A DNA stretch of 64,000 nucleotides from Candidatus Bathyarchaeia archaeon. GTDB taxonomy: Archaea; Thermoproteota; CALKCG01; B24. The position numbers and the translations under genes are program-made. Shown here piece by piece: positions 59,220-64,000 of this stretch (the stretch's first letter is position 1; each line of letters begins with the position of its first letter). The DNA lies in the NCBI GenBank assembly GCA_038870975.1, contig JAVZJD010000001.1, positions 960,001-1,024,000 on the forward strand, given 5' to 3'. The notes below the pieces were generated by a model. It was not told where the DNA came from. It did not search any database and worked only from the letters and a program-made list of their open reading frames with translations.

Positions 59220-60145
59220 AAATGGTTACAATAAAAGAAGTTCCGTTAGAAGAGTATTGGGGTCCTGGGCACAGCGCGTGTGCTGGATGTGGTCCATCAA
59301 TAACCATTAGGCTAATACTGAAAGCTCTAAGAGGGCCGACTGTGGTTGTTACACCGACTGGCTGTATGGAGATTGTATCAAGCTCCTATCCGCAGACTGC
59401 TTGGGGTGTACCCTGGGTTCACGTGCTTTTCGAAAATGCTGCCGCTGTAGCCTCGGGAATAGAGGGAGCGTATAAATACATGGCTAAAAAGGGCCTTCTC
59501 GATAAAAAAGTTGACGTTGTCGTAATAGGTGGTGATGGGGGGACTTTTGACATAGGTATACAGGCTCTTTCTGGCGCTTTAGAGAGGTGGCATAAGTTTA
59601 CATACATATGTTATGACAATGAGGCCTACATGAATACTGGGATTCAAAGGTCTGGTGCAACGCCTAAGGGCGCGGCTACGACCACCAGTCCAGCAGGGGA
59701 AGTGGTACCGGGTAAGCTAGAGTATAAGAAGAACCTAATAGAGATAGCTGTCGCACATCGCATACCATACGCCGCTACTGGTACAATAGCCTATTGGAGC
59801 GACTTGATGGAGAAAGTACGTAAATCCTTAGAAGCAGACGGACCTGCTGTTCTACACTTTTTAGCACCATGCCCACTGGGTTGGAGGTTCGACCCATCCC
59901 AGACTGTTAAATTGTCTAGGCTTGCTGTTCAAACTAGATACTTCCCAATATACGAAGTTGAGAATGGAGCCTACAAGTTGAATGTTAAAGTCTTAAAACC
60001 TCTGCCAGTTGAAGAGTTTCTAAAGCCTCAAGGTAGGTTCAGACACTTATTCACTCCGAAGTTTAAATACGTTATAGAGGATATTCAAAAAAATGTAGAT
60101 GAAAACTGGAAGAAGCTTCTAGAAAAATGTGGCGTGAGAGAATAG
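59216..60145 (+). CDS. porB: 2-oxoacid:ferredoxin oxidoreductase beta subunit
   Basis: GHSACAGC, TGCME and GGDGG...DNEAYMNTG.QRS TPP motif. Confidence 0.93.
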   Translation: MKMVTIKEVPLEEYWGPGHSACAGCGPSITIRLILKALRGPTVVVTPTGCMEIVSSSYPQTAWGVPWVHVLFENAAAVASGIEGAYKYMAKKGLLDKKVDVVVIGGDGGTFDIGIQALSGALERWHKFTYICYDNEAYMNTGIQRSGATPKGAATTTSPAGEVVPGKLEYKKNLIEIAVAHRIPYAATGTIAYWSDLMEKVRKSLEADGPAVLHFLAPCPLGWRFDPSQTVKLSRLAVQTRYFPIYEVENGAYKLNVKVLKPLPVEEFLKPQGRFRHLFTPKFKYVIEDIQKNVDENWKKLLEKCGVRE

Positions 60146-60154
60146 ATGTTGGAT

Positions 60155-61822
60155 TTAATCTGAAGTCTCTTCTTCTTTTTCTTTTTCTCCTGGAGTCTTT
60201 GGCGGCTTCTCTTCTTTAATTTTGCCAGCAGCTATAACGTCGTCTATTCTAAGTATACTTGTTGCTGCTTCAACTGCAGACTTTATAATCTGCTCTTTAA
60301 CTGCTAGAGGCTCTAAGACTTCAAGGTTATACATGTCTGCAGTCTTCCCACTTAAAACATCTATGCCATACCATATTTTGCCTTTCTCATGGCTAGCTCT
60401 AAGCTCCGCAATAGCGTCAATAGGCTCTAAGCCTGCGTTTTCAGATAAGACTGACGGTATTACCTCTAAGGCTTCAGCGAACTTGAGAACGGCAAGCTGC
60501 TCTTTACCTGATAGGCTTTCAGCCCATCTTCGTATTCTAAGGCTTAGCTCAAGCTCTGGAGCACCACCACCAGCTACTATTGCAGGATTCTGTACGACGT
60601 CTTTAACAACGCAGAGAGCATCGTGAATACTTCTCTCAGCTTCCTCAACGACTTTATCAGCTCCACCCCTTATCAGAATAGTGACGCTCCTAGGATTCTT
60701 ACAACCTTCTATGAAGACCCACTTATCCTCTCCCACTTTACGCTCTTCAACTAGTGTCGCATATCCGAGGTCTTCAGGCTTCAAATCCTCAATGTCTGTG
60801 ACTATTCTAGCTCCAGTAGCTCTTGACAGCTTCCTCATATCTGACTCTTTAACTCTTCTAACAGCTAATATACCTCTCTTAGCTAAGAAGTGCTGAGCCA
60901 TATCGTCTATACCTTTCTGACATACTACAACGTTGGCACCAGTATCGGCTATCTTATCAACCATATTCTTAAGCATCTTAGTTTCCTGCTCTAAGAATGC
61001 TCTTATCTGGTCTGGCCTCTCTATCTGGATTTTCGCATCTATCTCTGTCTTCTCTATCTCAAGAGGGCAGTTTAAAAGGGCTATCTTAGCCTCTTTAACG
61101 GTCTTAGGCATGCCGGGGTGGACAACCTCCTTATCTAGAACTATGCCCTGAATAAGCTTTGTAGCTGTTATATCTTCACCAGCTTTCTTCTCAACTTTCA
61201 CATCGTCTAAGTCAACTCTATAGCCTTCTTCAAACTTCTCAGCCACTTGGAGGATTGCATCTACTACGAGGTTGGCGAGAAACTCCTTGTTTTCAGCTAT
61301 AGCCTTCGTACCCAGAGAAGTCATAGCTACTTTCTTTAAAACCTCCTTATCCTCGGGTTCCACCTTAATGGCGATTTCCCTTAAAATTTCAAGGGCTTTG
61401 CTAGCGGCAGCCTCATAGCCTTCAGTTATAACACTTGGATGAATGTTTAAATCCAGTAAATCTTGAGCTTTCGAGAGGAGTTCACCCGTAAGAACTACCA
61501 CCGAAGTCGTTCCATCACCAACTTCGTTGTCTGTAGCTTTAGCTATTTCAACCATCATTTTAGCCACAGGGTGTTGCACATCCATCTCCTTAAGAATAGT
61601 AGCTCCATCGTTTGTTATGGTGACATCGCCTAAGCTATCCACAATCATTTTATCCATGCCCTTAGGACCGAGAGAAGTTTTAATCATTTCAGCTACAGTT
61701 CTGGCGGCCATTATGTTGGTCGATAGAGCCTCTCTACCTCTTGTTCTAGTCGTCCCCTCTTTAAGAATCAATACTGGTTGACCGCTTTCAGTAACAACCG
61801 GTATCGCTTCCATAGCCGTCAT
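60155..61822 (-). CDS. ths: Thermosome (group II chaperonin) subunit
   Basis: [32 protein letters not shown]; charged C-terminal tail. Confidence 0.97.
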   Translation of the reverse strand: MTAMEAIPVVTESGQPVLILKEGTTRTRGREALSTNIMAARTVAEMIKTSLGPKGMDKMIVDSLGDVTITNDGATILKEMDVQHPVAKMMVEIAKATDNEVGDGTTSVVVLTGELLSKAQDLLDLNIHPSVITEGYEAAASKALEILREIAIKVEPEDKEVLKKVAMTSLGTKAIAENKEFLANLVVDAILQVAEKFEEGYRVDLDDVKVEKKAGEDITATKLIQGIVLDKEVVHPGMPKTVKEAKIALLNCPLEIEKTEIDAKIQIERPDQIRAFLEQETKMLKNMVDKIADTGANVVVCQKGIDDMAQHFLAKRGILAVRRVKESDMRKLSRATGARIVTDIEDLKPEDLGYATLVEERKVGEDKWVFIEGCKNPRSVTILIRGGADKVVEEAERSIHDALCVVKDVVQNPAIVAGGGAPELELSLRIRRWAESLSGKEQLAVLKFAEALEVIPSVLSENAGLEPIDAIAELRASHEKGKIWYGIDVLSGKTADMYNLEVLEPLAVKEQIIKSAVEAATSILRIDDVIAAGKIKEEKPPKTPGEKEKEEETSD

Positions 61823-62061
61823 AATATCATCACCTAAAAACTTCAGTGAAGAAAAGAGAAATATAAAGATTTATCCAAAAAGACCCGCATTTCACAGTGA
61901 AATACCCGAAATAATTCTCAATTTTCCCAGTATGCGGTTAAACAGCTTAAAAATCGTTAGAAGCAACTATCTAATGGATAAGCTCTACACACGCCAACTA
62001 GAGTATATTGTTAAATGGACTCTACTTGCTGGCGACTCTAACTACAGGAGGGGATGGCGTT

Positions 62062-62646
62062 TCATTTTTTCTCGAGTTTAGACTCTGTTTTCGCAGGAAC
62101 TGTTTTAGACTTTGAGAGTCTGAATGTCTGTCTATCCCTCTCAACTTCTATCCTAAGGGGTACGTTCCTAATAGTTGTTGAAAGCTTTTTAACAGTTTCA
62201 AAGTCTATGGGAGCCTTTCTACCAGCGTAAGAGACTACAACTTTAACTTCAGTAGTTCCATCTGGAAGCCATATCCTGTTGATAGTTCTTATGCTTGCAG
62301 GTGCAAATAACTCTTCTAAGAATTCTCTGAGGCTACTTCTATAGCTTAAAACTCTAACCTTCTTTCCGAATATTTCTCCAAGCTCCTTAATGGCTCTACC
62401 GCCTTTAGAAATAAGCTTTGCTACGTCCTTCTGCTCAACTAAGACGGCTAGAACGTCGTCAACTATGTAAGCTTTATAAAAAGTAACATCTTGAAGCAAT
62501 TGGCGATGTTGAGTTTCAAGTTTCAGGAGAGCTTTCGCCACCTCTATATCCAGCTCTGAAATAATGCCTGTTTTAAGTTTCTCCTCACAGCTTGAGCACA
62601 ATATCCCAGTTTTTAAGTCGAAGAGGCATACCGGTGTCTTAACCAC
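62062..62646 (-). CDS. Archaeal NusA-like KH-domain protein with N-terminal Cys motif
   Basis: PVC.FD.KTGILC..C, LISKGGR.IKEL...GKKVRV and IWLPDG motifs. Confidence 0.75.
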   Translation of the reverse strand: MVKTPVCLFDLKTGILCSSCEEKLKTGIISELDIEVAKALLKLETQHRQLLQDVTFYKAYIVDDVLAVLVEQKDVAKLISKGGRAIKELGEIFGKKVRVLSYRSSLREFLEELFAPASIRTINRIWLPDGTTEVKVVVSYAGRKAPIDFETVKKLSTTIRNVPLRIEVERDRQTFRLSKSKTVPAKTESKLEKK

Positions 62647-62727
62647 ATCTACCTACCTTCCATATTCCTTTATCTATGAGAGGATTTTACTTAATAAATG
62701 TATTTCGCTTGAATAGACGGATTGACA

Positions 62728-62786
62728 GGGCTCAGCCGGTCGATCCGTCATCAAGAGTCAGCCTTTTGATAGGGTCATCACAGCCC
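62728..62786 (-). ncRNA. C/D box guide sRNA 1
   Basis: GGGCT-GTGATGA(C)-CCCTATCAAAAGG-CTGA(D')-CTCT-TGATGA(C')-CGGATCGACCGG-CTGA(D)-GCCC with terminal stem. Confidence 0.92.
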
Positions 62787-62844
62787 AAATAAATATTATG
62801 TAAATCAGTCAAATTAACTTTACAGCATCCTAAGCTTAAGAACA

Positions 62845-62910
62845 GGCTCAGAGTCTGCTCGCTAAATTCATCCACATATGTGTCGTTAGACAGTGTCGCT
62901 CATCATCACC
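62845..62910 (-). ncRNA. C/D box guide sRNA 2
   Basis: ATGATGA(C), guide, degenerate D', CACATATGTG hairpin, GATGA(C'), guide, CTGA(D); TTTAAA box about 25 nt upstream (62935-62940). Confidence 0.7.
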
Positions 62911-63201
62911 ACTATTTTCAGTGTAGCCGCGCGCTTTAAAACCTTTACTATTCTACATACACTTAAAACATCCGTCTAGTTGAAGAGACCTTAAAAAAGT
63001 TTTCATCTTTTAAATTAAATTAACGATTTCATCATTTTTTCATTAAATAGTAGACTATCTTTCATTTCGAAAAGACAACGTCTATTTTTTAGAAGCGTTT
63101 CCAAGGCATTGAAGGCTGAATCTTAGTATATACCATATGGATATCTGAAACAAAAGCATATATCTCTCTTACAGAGTCTAACTCAGTATTAGGTGAGAAA
63201 A

Positions 63202-64000
63202 ATGGGTAGCGAATACATGGAAGAATTGAAAATCACCGTACCAATGTTAACATTGGCGGTTGTTATAACAGCCATTCTAACAGCTCTTGGAAACTTATTC
63301 ATATTTTTCCTACCGTGGCCGTTTTCGTGTAACATGAACGCAGGGACTCAGATATCAACTCCGGGCTTTGAACTACTTGGTATGCCCTTCGTAGTGTCTT
63401 TAGTTATTGCTTTACTTATGCGCATACCATCTACCAGAAAATATTTGTCATCAGGGGCTCTCATACTTCTATACTCTACCGCTTTAGCAGCGTCAGCGTT
63501 TGCCAATACAAATTCACCGTGGAGGGAAATATATGCTCTGATGACGGCTCGTCTAGCCACCTCAGAATCAGTCATGGTCTACGTTCCTGAGTTCGTATCA
63601 CCACCAAGAGATGCGGCAGACGTACTTATTAGAGGCGCGGGAAGCATAACTGCAGTACCTTGGAATAAGTTCATACCAGCTATGACATGGTGGTTCTTCA
63701 TGTTCGCCTTCTTTGCAGGTGTGAGCGTAGGTTTAGCGAGCATCTTCCGACGCCAGTGGGTGGACATAGAAATGCTACCGTATCCTCAAATAGCAATTGC
63801 ACATAGCACAATCATAGGGTCGAGAGAAGTCGGTAATTCTAAATGGGCTGGAAGATTGGCATTCATTCTAGGTTTCATAATTGGACTTGCTCTAGAGCTT
63901 ATTAGAGCTGGTATATTATTCTTCCCATGGTTTCCAGACGTATACTCGATACGTACGAACACGTGTGGTGGTTCAGTTACACACTGGCTAACATTTCCAG
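63202..64000 (+). CDS. OPT-related membrane protein, paralogue 4 (runs off window end; absent from ORF track)
   Basis: AGGTGA RBS then open frame MGSEYMEE...ISTPGFELLGMPF...YVPEFV...FRRQWVDIEMLPYP...FPWFPDVYSIRTNTCG; most similar to paralogue 1. Confidence 0.85.
   Translation, partial: MGSEYMEELKITVPMLTLAVVITAILTALGNLFIFFLPWPFSCNMNAGTQISTPGFELLGMPFVVSLVIALLMRIPSTRKYLSSGALILLYSTALAASAFANTNSPWREIYALMTARLATSESVMVYVPEFVSPPRDAADVLIRGAGSITAVPWNKFIPAMTWWFFMFAFFAGVSVGLASIFRRQWVDIEMLPYPQIAIAHSTIIGSREVGNSKWAGRLAFILGFIIGLALELIRAGILFFPWFPDVYSIRTNTCGGSVTHWLTFP

Noticed and set aside
62048-62066. GGGGATGGCGTTTC resembling the start of a fluoride riboswitch
   Set aside because: Remaining conserved elements are absent and no downstream gene in the right orientation
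63348-63767. Two minus-strand ORFs at the window end
   Set aside because: Antisense to the open plus-strand transporter paralogue starting at 63202
1-64000. Genome-wide amber recoding or selenocysteine use
   Set aside because: TAG and TGA end many full-length conserved genes here, and the hydrogenase L2 motif uses Cys codons

Overview
Gene-dense archaeal chromosomal segment (roughly 40-45% GC, estimated by eye). Gene content fits an anaerobic, probably thermophilic heterotroph: Mch, euryarchaeal-type RPA, many URO-D-fold proteins, GH38/GH4 glycosidases, a group 3b [NiFe]-hydrogenase, porGDAB and an intron-containing tRNA. Bathyarchaeia-like placement is an inference. Housekeeping genes include hisS, thiI, truD, moaA, rpoE'/spt4, thermosome, Sec61beta and a Trm5-like methyltransferase. 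The accessory content is dominated by four divergent paralogues of an OPT-related ~660-680 aa membrane protein (DUF6785/DUF6784-like) with conserved Cys-rich loops. At two separate loci these sit next to a GH38 alpha-mannosidase, which suggests an undescribed glycan or glycopeptide uptake module. Elements missed by the ORF track are two tandem C/D box sRNAs, tRNA-Ser(CGA) with a 38-nt intron containing a second BHB-like motif, Sec61beta, a 41-aa four-Cys microprotein and the truncated fourth transporter paralogue. Other observations: a TIGR00266/AIM24 gene interrupted by TAG, an uncharacterised wHTH plus two-small-protein cluster whose small proteins share a motif, a 96-bp exact repeat in a coiled-coil gene, and several operator-like palindromes. 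No CRISPR array, transposase or integrase was seen. All family calls come from motif recognition, not database searches.
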